Of a stretch of DNA of 64,000 bases, positions 36,057 through 44,312 are shown one piece after another. A model generated the notes under the pieces. The model was given only the letters and a program-made list of their open reading frames with translations, was not told where the DNA came from and did no database searches. Source of the stretch: Phycisphaerae bacterium. Its GTDB lineage: Bacteria; Planctomycetota; Phycisphaerae; SM23-33. Where the stretch lies: assembly GCA_039683615.1 (NCBI GenBank), contig JBDKRA010000042.1, positions 4,295-68,294 on the forward strand, read 5' to 3'. Numbering within the stretch: the stretch's first letter is position 1; each line of letters starts with the position of its first letter. Both the position numbers and the translations under genes were made by a program.

Positions 36057-37824
36057 GCCCAACGTGGTGCTGGTGATCACTGACGACCAAGGGTACGGCG
36101 ACCTGGGCTGCCACGGCAATGGCATCATCCGCACGCCGCACATGGACGCCCTGCATGGCCAGAGCGTGCGGCTGAGGCAGTTCCACGTCGGGCCCACGTG
36201 CGCCCCGACGCGGGCGGGGCTGATGACCGGGCGCTACTGCAACTGCACGGGCGTCTGGCACACCATCGCCGGATGGTCGATGCTGCGGGCCGGCGAGGTC
36301 ACGCTGGCCGAGGTGCTGCGCGAGGCCGGCTACCGCACGGGCCTGTTCGGCAAGTGGCACCTGGGCGACAACTACCCCTTCCGCCCGCACGACCGCGGAT
36401 TCGACGAAGCGCTCTACCACCGCGGCGGCGGCATCAGCCAGGCCCCGGACTGGTGGCGCAACGATTACTTCGACGACACCTATTACCGCAACGGTACGCC
36501 CGAGCGCCACCAGGGCTACTGCACCGACGTGTGGTTCCGCGAGGGGATCCGGTTCATCGAGCGTTGCTGTGGCACGGGCCAGACGCCCATGCCACAAAAC
36601 CGGCCGTTCTTCTGCTACATCGCCCCCAACGCCCCGCACGGCCCGCTGAACGTGCCGCCGCGGTACATCGAGCCCTACCGGGGCAAAGTGCCCGACCACC
36701 GGGCGCGATTCTACGCGATGATCGAGAACATCGACGAGAACCTTGGCCGCCTGCGAACGCGCCTGGACGAACTGGGGTTGGCCCACAACACGATCTTCAT
36801 CTTCATGACCGACAACGGCACGGCAGACGGGTGCGACCTGGACGCACAGAGCTTCGTCACCGGCGGGTATAACGCCGGCATGCGCGGGGTCAAGGGCTCG
36901 GAGTACGACGGCGGGCACCGCACGCCGCTGTTTGTGCGCTGGCCGGCAGGCGGACTGACCGGCGGGCGCGACGTGACTCGCCTGACAGCCAATATCGACG
37001 TGCTGCCGACGCTGGCCGATCTGTGCGGCGGAAGCGTTCCCGAGGGCGTCTATGGGCGCAGCATTGTGCCGCTGCTGCGCGGCGATGGGGAGGGCTGGCC
37101 GGACCGCGTGATCGTGACCGACTCGCAGCGCGTCGAGACGCCGCAGAAATGGCGCAAGAGCGCCACGATGACCGACCGCTGGCGGCTGGTCAACGGCGTC
37201 GAGCTCTACGACATCCAGGCCGACCCCGGCCAGCGGCGCGACGTGGCGGGTGAGCACGGCGACGTGGTCTCGCGCCTGCGCGGCGAGTACGAGAAATGGT
37301 GGCAGATCGTTTCGGAGAAGTTCAACGACGAGCCGGCGATCGTCCTGGGCACCGCTCACGAGCCGGTGGCCCGCCTGTCCAGCCACGACTGGCACACGCC
37401 CGAGGGCTTCTGCCCCTGGAACCAGGGCGACGTGCGCCACCCGCAGAAACTATGGAAAGGCTACTGGGCTGTGGATGTCGCCGCGGCAGGCCGCTATGAG
37501 TTCGAGCTGTGCCGCTGGCCGCACGAAGTGCCCTCGAGCATCACCCAGGGCATCGCCGACGACGCCGAAGAGCCCCTGCCCAAGGGCATCCAGCCCGGCG
37601 CCGAAGGCTGGTACGTCGGCGGCTGCCCGATGGCCGTGCGATCGGCGACGATCGAGATCGCCGGCCAGGTAGAAACCGCTCCCGTCGCGCCCGACTCGCG
37701 CGGGGCCGTCTTCACCCTCGAGCTGCCCGCCGGCCGAACGTCCCTCTGGGCCACCTTCACCGACGCGCACGGGCAGCAGTTCGGCGCGTTCTACGTCTAC
37801 GTGCGGCGCGTGGAGGCACTTTAA
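36022..37824 (+). CDS. Cys-type sulfatase (arylsulfatase family), apparently without signal peptide; start uncertain
   Basis: PNVVLVITDDQGYGDLGCHGN...VGPTCAPTRAGLMTGRY carries the C-x-P-x-R formylglycine motif. There is no in-frame ATG between the upstream gene and the conserved N-terminus. TTG 36022 has GGAG 8 nt upstream, and TTG 36043 is an alternative. Confidence 0.8.
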   Translation: MEIENRQLEIEKPNVVLVITDDQGYGDLGCHGNGIIRTPHMDALHGQSVRLRQFHVGPTCAPTRAGLMTGRYCNCTGVWHTIAGWSMLRAGEVTLAEVLREAGYRTGLFGKWHLGDNYPFRPHDRGFDEALYHRGGGISQAPDWWRNDYFDDTYYRNGTPERHQGYCTDVWFREGIRFIERCCGTGQTPMPQNRPFFCYIAPNAPHGPLNVPPRYIEPYRGKVPDHRARFYAMIENIDENLGRLRTRLDELGLAHNTIFIFMTDNGTADGCDLDAQSFVTGGYNAGMRGVKGSEYDGGHRTPLFVRWPAGGLTGGRDVTRLTANIDVLPTLADLCGGSVPEGVYGRSIVPLLRGDGEGWPDRVIVTDSQRVETPQKWRKSATMTDRWRLVNGVELYDIQADPGQRRDVAGEHGDVVSRLRGEYEKWWQIVSEKFNDEPAIVLGTAHEPVARLSSHDWHTPEGFCPWNQGDVRHPQKLWKGYWAVDVAAAGRYEFELCRWPHEVPSSITQGIADDAEEPLPKGIQPGAEGWYVGGCPMAVRSATIEIAGQVETAPVAPDSRGAVFTLELPAGRTSLWATFTDAHGQQFGAFYVYVRRVEAL

Positions 37825-37831
37825 GCGGCAA

Positions 37832-39376
37832 TCACCGGCTCGTGCGGAACGTGCATGCTGGAAGACCTGCGCTGTTGACCAGGTTCGGCTGGGCCATTTC
37901 ATGCCAGGCGAATCGCACGGCGGCGGGTTGGGGAACCTTGTCGGACCAAACCACCACGCGATCCTTGCCCTCGATCTTCGCCTGGGCTGGAACGTACTTC
38001 CCATCGGCGCTGGCGATCTCGAAGCACGTCAGGTCTTTCGTGGCATGGGCGTCCCGCCCATGCTCTCGCTGTGTGGCATGGGCGTCTCGCCCATGCTCTT
38101 TGGGCTGTACAGGCGAGACCTGTCCCTGAGGGACGCCTGTGCTGCGAACCGTCAAGCCATCGCCGACGTGGTCGAACGTGATGATCGCGCGGGCGCCGTC
38201 GATCCGCATCGACTTGAACATCGGCCCGCTATAGACCACCTTGCGGCCGTAGGTCTTCGCCAGCGCCCACAGCGCCAGGCGCTGGGCGACGGGCTTCTTC
38301 AGCGGCGGGTGGATGTTCTTGACGGCCCCGACGTCGGTGATGACGGCCATGCCGGTGTGCGGGATCTTCATTGCCTCGGTCTGGGCCTCCCAGATCTTCG
38401 GCAGCGAGTACTCGGTCATGCCGGGCATGGCCTTGAAGACCACGGAGTAATAGAACGGCGAGAGCTGCACCCAGTAGAACGGCATGTCCGGTCGGCCCCA
38501 GGCGCCGCGCCACCCGGCGATCAGGGCCTTCATCTTTTCGTAGTAGAGCATGCCGTCGTCGTTCATGACGTCGGCCTCGCCCTGGTACCAGATCGCCCCG
38601 CGGAGGCTGTAGTGGCGCAGCGGGTGGACCATGGCGTTGTAAACCACGCACGGGTCGTTCTGCGAGGGCTTGGTCGTCGGCTGCGACGCCGGGGCCGGCG
38701 CGGTGACCTTCTTGTAGACATCCGCCAGCGCGGGCACGTCCTTGAAGCCCTCCGGCGGCGTCCAGGGCATGATGAACGTCCCGCCCCAGGATGTCTGGAT
38801 GAACCCCACCGGCACCTTCAATTCCTTCTGGAGCGCATCGGCGAAGTGATACGCCACGGCCGAGAAGTTCGGCAGCGATGCCTCCGAACATTCCTGCCAG
38901 ACGTTGTTGATGTCATCCTGCGGCGTAAACGCCGCCACACTGCGCAGGCGCAGCAAACGGATCTGCTTGTTGCCGCCGGCGGCGGGGATGTCCCTGCCGT
39001 CATCGGAAAACTTCAGAGGCCAAGCCATGTTCGACTGCCCCGATCCCAGCCACACCTCGCCGACCAGAATATCTCCAATTTCCAATTTGGAATTTCCAAT
39101 TGAAGAGGAGATCACCATTTTCCGCCCCTCACTGCTGGCGGGCATGGGGTCGAGCGTCACGAACCAAGCCCCGTCTCTTCCTGCATCGGCGGTCTTCGTC
39201 TGGCCGGCAAAGGCGACTGTGACTTTTTCCCCCGGCGCCGCCCAGCCCCATATCTTCACCGGCATTTCGCGCTGCAGGACCATGTGGTCCGACAGGAACT
39301 TTGGCAGGCGCACTTGCGCGTGCGTGGATGACAGCGTTAGACAGATCATGGCAGCGGCGATGAAGAAACGGTGCAT
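37832..39376 (-). CDS. sialate O-acetylesterase-like (SASA/DUF303, SGNH-type) exported carbohydrate esterase
   Basis: Signal peptide MHRFFIAAAMICLTLSSTHAQ. ...VGEVWLGSGQSNMAW... (catalytic GQSN block). C-terminal ...CFEIASADGKYVPAQAKIEGKDRVVVWSDKVPQPAAVRFAWHE... The CDS contains two repeat-derived segments (see the repeat entries). Confidence 0.85.
   Translation of the reverse strand: MHRFFIAAAMICLTLSSTHAQVRLPKFLSDHMVLQREMPVKIWGWAAPGEKVTVAFAGQTKTADAGRDGAWFVTLDPMPASSEGRKMVISSSIGNSKLEIGDILVGEVWLGSGQSNMAWPLKFSDDGRDIPAAGGNKQIRLLRLRSVAAFTPQDDINNVWQECSEASLPNFSAVAYHFADALQKELKVPVGFIQTSWGGTFIMPWTPPEGFKDVPALADVYKKVTAPAPASQPTTKPSQNDPCVVYNAMVHPLRHYSLRGAIWYQGEADVMNDDGMLYYEKMKALIAGWRGAWGRPDMPFYWVQLSPFYYSVVFKAMPGMTEYSLPKIWEAQTEAMKIPHTGMAVITDVGAVKNIHPPLKKPVAQRLALWALAKTYGRKVVYSGPMFKSMRIDGARAIITFDHVGDGLTVRSTGVPQGQVSPVQPKEHGRDAHATQREHGRDAHATKDLTCFEIASADGKYVPAQAKIEGKDRVVVWSDKVPQPAAVRFAWHEMAQPNLVNSAGLPACTFRTSR
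38041..38140. repeat. GC-rich hairpin repeats inside the esterase CDS (two near-identical copies at 33-nt period plus a degenerate third)
   Basis: tggcatgggcgtcccgcccatgctct (38041-38066) and tggcatgggcgtctcgcccatgctct (38074-38099) are 25/26 identical. Each has a GCATGGGCG / CGCCCATGC stem. ACAGG-cgaga-CCTGT follows at 38110-38124. Confidence 0.85.
39074..39102 (-). repeat. AATTGGA-heptad family: four tandem heptads inside the esterase CDS
   Basis: The plus strand reads TCCAATT TCCAATT TGGAATT TCCAATT g, the reverse complement of AATTGGA units. It is in inverted orientation relative to 36020-36056 and encodes ...IGNSKLEIG... Confidence 0.75.
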
Positions 39377-39468
39377 GGCAGGTCCTTCCTGAGGATGAGG
39401 TGACTATATCAGAGAAGGACGATTTGGGCAAAGATGCTACGCCGCAAGCGGCGCGGTATGCTGTGACT

Positions 39469-40644
39469 ATGGACCGGCGGATCATTCATGTGGACATGGA
39501 CGAGTTCTTCGCGGCTGTGGAGAAGCTCGATCATCCGGAGCTGGGCGGCAAGTGTCTGCTGATCGGCGGGGACCCCAAGGCCCGCGGCGTGGTCAGCACC
39601 GCCAGTTACGAGGCCCGCGTCTACGGCTGTCACTCGGCGATGCCGATGGCCCAGGCGGTGCGGCTTTGCCCGCACGCGATCGTGTTGCCCGGCAACATGT
39701 CCCGCTACGCCGAAATCAGCGAGCAGCTTGGCGAGATCTTCCTGCGCTTCACGCCGCTGGTCGAGCCCATCAGCATCGACGAAGCGTTCCTGGACGTCAC
39801 CGGTAGCCGCCGGCTGCTCGGGGTGGCTGAAGACATCGGCCAGGCGATCAAGCGAACCATCGCCGACGAACTGCACCTGACGGCCAGCGTTGGCGTGGCG
39901 CCCAACAAGTTCCTGGCCAAACTCGCCAGCGACCTGCACAAGCCCGACGGCTTCACCGTCATCACCGAGAGCAACACTCACCAGACGCTCGACCCGCTGC
40001 CGGCCCGCAAGCTCTGGGGCATCGGGCCGGCGCTCGAGGGAGAGTTGCTGCGGCGGCTGAACATCAAGACGATCGGCCAACTGCGACTCATCGACCCCGA
40101 GTTGCTCATGCAGCACTTTGGCCAGGGTGGGCGCGAGCTACAGGAGCTGGCGGCCGGAATCGACGACCGCCCCGTCACGCCCGACAGTGCGGCCAAGAGC
40201 ATCTCGCAGGAGATGACATTCGCCCAGGATCTGCAGGATCGCCAGGAGATGCGCAACGTGATGCTCGGCCACGTTGAGACGGTCGCCCGCCGCCTGCGAC
40301 GCAGCGGCATGCTGGCCCGCACCGTGACGCTGAAACTGCGCTACGGCGACTTCACCACGCTCACCCGCCGCCTGACGATGGACGAGCCCACTGACGTGAC
40401 GGCCGAGATCCGCGCGGCAGCGACCAGGCTTCTCGATTCCTGGGCAGCGAAAGACTTCCGTCCGCTGCGACTGCTGGGGACGGGAGTGGCGGGCCTGTCG
40501 CCCAAGGCGGGCAGCCAGCAGAAACTCTTCGTCGAGCCGCAGCGCGAAAAACAGTCCAAGGTGGACCTGGCGTTGGATACGATTGCCCGGCGATTCGGCA
40601 GCGGCGCCCTGCGCCGCGGACCCAAAGCGAGGGACGACGAATGA
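39469..40644 (+). CDS. dinB: DNA polymerase IV (Y-family)
   Basis: MDRRIIHVDMDEFFAAVE..., ...SIDEAFLDVTG..., ...ASVGVAPNKFLAKLASD... The listed ORF begins at GTG 39400, and ATG 39469 gives the canonical N-terminus. Confidence 0.9.
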   Translation: MDRRIIHVDMDEFFAAVEKLDHPELGGKCLLIGGDPKARGVVSTASYEARVYGCHSAMPMAQAVRLCPHAIVLPGNMSRYAEISEQLGEIFLRFTPLVEPISIDEAFLDVTGSRRLLGVAEDIGQAIKRTIADELHLTASVGVAPNKFLAKLASDLHKPDGFTVITESNTHQTLDPLPARKLWGIGPALEGELLRRLNIKTIGQLRLIDPELLMQHFGQGGRELQELAAGIDDRPVTPDSAAKSISQEMTFAQDLQDRQEMRNVMLGHVETVARRLRRSGMLARTVTLKLRYGDFTTLTRRLTMDEPTDVTAEIRAAATRLLDSWAAKDFRPLRLLGTGVAGLSPKAGSQQKLFVEPQREKQSKVDLALDTIARRFGSGALRRGPKARDDE

Positions 40645-41876
40645 GCCTGGACCTCGAACAACTGCGGTTTCTCGCGACCCCGCTGGGGCGGGAGTTGCTC
40701 GCCCTGGACCTGCCGGGCGATGAACTAGCCGCCCAGCGCGCTCTGCGCAAACGATGCGACGCGCGCGAGGCGGTGGCCGTCGTCGTGCTCAAGGCGCTGC
40801 GCCGCCGCGCGCGGGCGTCAGGCAAGTTCCCGCCCGAACTGGCCGACAACCTGCTGGCCACCGACACGCTGCTGCAACAGGCATCGAGCATCCGCCTGGC
40901 GCGGTATGTGGGCGGGCGGCTGGCGCCCATCGCGGGCGAGTCGCCCATCGTGGACCTGTGCTGCGGCATCGGCGGCGACGCCATCGGCATGGCCCAGGCC
41001 GGCGCGCGGGTTGTCGGATATGACCGCAGCGACGTGGCCATCCTGTGCGCGCAATCCAACGCCGCTGCCGCCGGCGTGGGCGAGCACTGCACTTTTCATC
41101 GCGATGACGTAATGAGCGTAGAGATCGATCCTGCGGCCGTGGTGCATCTGGACCCGGACCGCCGGGCGACCGGCCATCGCGCAGTGCAGATGGAAGATTA
41201 CGATCCGCCGCCGGCGTTTCTGCGCAGGCTCGTCGAGACGACGCGGGCGGGGGCGATCAAGCTCTCGCCGATGCTCGAATGGCAGACGCTGGGGTTCTGG
41301 AAGGGCGCGAGCCTCGAATACGTCAGCGAAGGCGGGACGTGCAGGCAACTTGTCCTGTGGTGGGGCGAGGCGGCGCGGGAACAGCTTGTGTCTGCGACGG
41401 TGGTGTACGGAAAGGACGCCGCACCGCAAGCGGCGACCCTCGGCGCTGTCGAGGCGCCGAAGCGCATCGGACCGCTAGGCGCGTTCCTGGTCGAACCTGA
41501 CGCCGCCGTCATCGCCGCCGACGCGGTGGACACGCTGGCGCAGCAGCACGGACTGTGGCGCATCGATCATCGCGTCGTATGGTTGTTCGGCGACCGCCCC
41601 GCCGACACGCCGCTGGCGAGAAGCTATCGTATCCTGCAGGAAGCGCCCGGGCGGCGCGAGGATGTGAAGAAAGCGATCAACGCCCTTGGTGGCGGGTTGG
41701 TGGTGATCAAGCCCCGCGGCCTGCACGTCGACACCGACCGCATGCAGAAAACCCTCCGCGGCAAGGGCGACCGCCCGCTGGTGGTCTTCTGGTACCGCCT
41801 GGGCGATCAGCAGAAGGTCCTGATCGGGGAGGAGCTCACCGCAGAGATCGCAAAGGGCGCAGAGAAGAAGAGATAA
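40641..41876 (+). CDS. SAM-dependent methyltransferase (Tgs/Methyltransf_15-like core) with C-terminal THUMP-like region
   Basis: Motif I IVDLCCGIGGDAIGMA. The ATG overlaps the dinB stop (ATGA at 40641-40644). The last ~13 codons lie in an inverted-repeat arm. Confidence 0.75.
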   Translation: MSLDLEQLRFLATPLGRELLALDLPGDELAAQRALRKRCDAREAVAVVVLKALRRRARASGKFPPELADNLLATDTLLQQASSIRLARYVGGRLAPIAGESPIVDLCCGIGGDAIGMAQAGARVVGYDRSDVAILCAQSNAAAAGVGEHCTFHRDDVMSVEIDPAAVVHLDPDRRATGHRAVQMEDYDPPPAFLRRLVETTRAGAIKLSPMLEWQTLGFWKGASLEYVSEGGTCRQLVLWWGEAAREQLVSATVVYGKDAAPQAATLGAVEAPKRIGPLGAFLVEPDAAVIAADAVDTLAQQHGLWRIDHRVVWLFGDRPADTPLARSYRILQEAPGRREDVKKAINALGGGLVVIKPRGLHVDTDRMQKTLRGKGDRPLVVFWYRLGDQQKVLIGEELTAEIAKGAEKKR

Positions 41877-41973
41877 TGGAAGATTTCAAGTGGAGCCTGC
41901 TCCCATGGCACACTCTCGCAATTCTTAGCCCCCGTCATTTTTCCCCTCTGCGTCCTTTGCGACCTCTGCGGTG
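41837..41973. repeat. 29-bp inverted repeat pair (CCRCAGAG family) spanning both convergent gene ends
   Basis: The reverse complement of caccgcagagatcgcaaagggcgcagaga (41837-41865) matches 41945-41973 (cctctgcgtcctttgcgacctctgcggtg) at 26/29 positions. The spacer is 79 nt. Confidence 0.8.
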
Positions 41974-44309
41974 AAATTCTCCCCGAGCATCACTTCCAGC
42001 AGTAACTTGGCCGCGGCCTTGTTGGGGATGCGGCCGCGGGTGGAGCTATCCAGGTCGCTGGCGGCAAAGGGCGGCACGGCTGAGCCGACGCACGAGGGGC
42101 AGCCGTCGGGGCAGGAGCATTCTTTGATCACGGCATAACAGGTCTGCATGATCTGGTCGATCGACTCGAGACACTTCTTGGCGAAGCCCATCCCGCCGGG
42201 ATAGCGGTCGTGTACGAACAAGGCCTCGCAGCCCAGCGGTGCAGAGTCGGCGACGGCGCCGATGTCGGTGGTGTCGCACATGACGAAGATGGGCGCCACT
42301 TCGACCAGCACGTTGGCGATGCCGATCAGCGCCTCGCCGGGGACCATGCCGGCCTGCTGCAGCGCCTGCAGCGCCTCAGGCGACGGGCAGACCCACATCG
42401 CGACGGTTTCGAGCGTCTGGGGCGGCAGTTCGAGCTGCTCGAAGCCCAGGCTGTCGCGCGACTGAAAGCGGATCTTCTTGAACATCGGAATCGTCGTCGT
42501 GACCGTCACATCGCCGTAACCCTTCTTGCCGCCGCCGCGCCAGGGCTCCTGAAGCTCGACCTCGTCGATGCGGATCTGCGAGGCCGTCACCGCCTGGGTG
42601 TAATAGTCCAGCTCGCGCTTCTCCACGCGGGCGATCTTCTGCTCGATGTCCAGTTCATTGACGAAATACGTCTCGGCCGCATGCAGGTACACCGCGTGAT
42701 CGTGCAGTTGGCTCAGAGCGCTGATCTCATCGAGCGTACCGATGACGCGCCCCTCGGGCTCGACCTGGATCGTGTACACGCAGCCGGAAATGTTGCGCAG
42801 GTTTGTCGCCGCGGCGGGGTAGTCGGTGCTGGCCCAGTACCAGCGGCCGTCAATGTGCTTGAGATGCCCCTGCTCTTCCAGCAGCTCCAGGATCACCTGC
42901 GAGTACGGGCCGAAGCGTCCGATCTGATCGTCGGGGATGGGCAATTCAAAGGCGGCGCATTTAAGGTGGTCGATGGTAATGTGCGGATTGTCGGCGTCGA
43001 TGACGGCCTGCTCGGGGCTTTTGCGGAAGATGTAGTCGCTGTGCATCATCAGGTACTGGTCGACCGGGGCGTTGTGGGCCACCAGGAAAATCAGCGACTC
43101 GTCGCTGCCGCGCCCGGCGCGGCCGGCCTGCTGCCACAGGCTGGCGATGGTGCCGGGGTAGCCCGAGAGGATGCACGCGTCGAGGCTGCCGATGTCGATC
43201 CCCAGCTCGAGGGCGTTGGTGCTGGCCACGCCGAGGATCTCGCGCGACACGAGCTTGCGTTCGATCTCGCGCCGCTCCTCGGGCAGATACCCGCCACGAT
43301 AGGCGTGGACGGCCTTGGCCAGGCGCGGGCTGCGGCCGCGGAGCAGGTCGCGGCAGTTCTTGAAGATCAGCTCGGTCTGCAGCCGCGTGCGGGCGAAGGT
43401 GATCGTCTGCACGCCGTGGCTCACGAGAGCCGTCATCAGATGCACCGCTTCCCACAGGGGGCTCTTGCGGTCGCCGCCGACGCGCCAACTGTCGGCCTGA
43501 CCGCGGGCGGCCGTCTCCAGCGGCGGCGGGTTCCACAGCACGAAGCGCTTGGGCCCGCGCGGGGACCCGTCGCGGTCGACCAGGTCCATCGCCCGCCCGC
43601 AGATGCGCCCGGCGTGCTCGGCGGGGTTGGCGATCGTCGCCGAGCAGCAGATGAACTGCGGATGCGCCCCGTGGTGCTCGCAGATTCGCTGCAGCCGCCG
43701 CAGCACGTTGGCCAGGTGCGAACCGAACACCCCGCGGTAGGCGTGCACCTCGTCGAGCACGATGTACTTGAGGTGCGCGAAGAACCGGTTCCACCGCGCG
43801 TGATGGGGCAGGATGCCCTGGTGCAGCATGTCGGGGTTGGTCAGCACGATGTTGCCCGAGTCGCGCAGCTTGCGGCGGAGCGTCGCCGGCGTGTCGCCGT
43901 CGTACGTGCCGCACATCAGGGGCACGCCGCCGGCGCCCTGGAACATCCCCAGCGAGCGGAGCTGGTCCTGCGTCAGAGCCTTGGTCGGATAGACATATAG
44001 CGCCGTCGTCAGCGGATTTTCTGCGATGGCCTCGACCACCGGGATGTTGTAGCACAGCGTCTTGCCGCTGGCTGTGCCGGTGACGATCACGACGCTGCGA
44101 CCCTCGCGCACCAGCGAGATCGCCTGCGCCTGGTGAGCGTACAACCGGTCGATCCCCGCGGCTGTCAGCGCCGCCTGCACCGGCGGCGCCAGCCCGCCGG
44201 CGATGTCGGCGAACCGCGCCGGCCGAGGCGGCAAGGCCTCGACGTGCGCGATCTGCCAGTCAAAGAACTCCGACTTCTTGATCCGCTCTATGAATGTATG
44301 GGCGTCCAT
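41925..44309 (-). CDS. DEAD/DEAH-box helicase with C-terminal DUF1998 (YprA/MrfA-type), paralogue 2
   Basis: Walker A VTGTASGKTLCY, DEVH box (YIVLDEVHAYRG), QQAGRAGRG, and a C-terminal 4-Cys cluster CSCPDGCPSCVGS. The ATG lies 3 nt after the stop of the upstream helicase. Confidence 0.9.
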   Translation of the reverse strand: MDAHTFIERIKKSEFFDWQIAHVEALPPRPARFADIAGGLAPPVQAALTAAGIDRLYAHQAQAISLVREGRSVVIVTGTASGKTLCYNIPVVEAIAENPLTTALYVYPTKALTQDQLRSLGMFQGAGGVPLMCGTYDGDTPATLRRKLRDSGNIVLTNPDMLHQGILPHHARWNRFFAHLKYIVLDEVHAYRGVFGSHLANVLRRLQRICEHHGAHPQFICCSATIANPAEHAGRICGRAMDLVDRDGSPRGPKRFVLWNPPPLETAARGQADSWRVGGDRKSPLWEAVHLMTALVSHGVQTITFARTRLQTELIFKNCRDLLRGRSPRLAKAVHAYRGGYLPEERREIERKLVSREILGVASTNALELGIDIGSLDACILSGYPGTIASLWQQAGRAGRGSDESLIFLVAHNAPVDQYLMMHSDYIFRKSPEQAVIDADNPHITIDHLKCAAFELPIPDDQIGRFGPYSQVILELLEEQGHLKHIDGRWYWASTDYPAAATNLRNISGCVYTIQVEPEGRVIGTLDEISALSQLHDHAVYLHAAETYFVNELDIEQKIARVEKRELDYYTQAVTASQIRIDEVELQEPWRGGGKKGYGDVTVTTTIPMFKKIRFQSRDSLGFEQLELPPQTLETVAMWVCPSPEALQALQQAGMVPGEALIGIANVLVEVAPIFVMCDTTDIGAVADSAPLGCEALFVHDRYPGGMGFAKKCLESIDQIMQTCYAVIKECSCPDGCPSCVGSAVPPFAASDLDSSTRGRIPNKAAAKLLLEVMLGENFTAEVAKDAEGKNDGG

Positions 44310-44312
44310 GGT

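Noticed and set aside
38041-38099. A possible CRISPR array, suggested by regularly spaced palindromic repeats at a 33-nt period. The arrays at 54459-54536 and 47099-47143 raised the same question.
   Set aside because: There are only 2-3 units and the spacers are 3-12 nt, far too short. There are no cas genes. The units are dispersed singly elsewhere and sit inside or between ordinary genes, which is REP-like behaviour rather than CRISPR.
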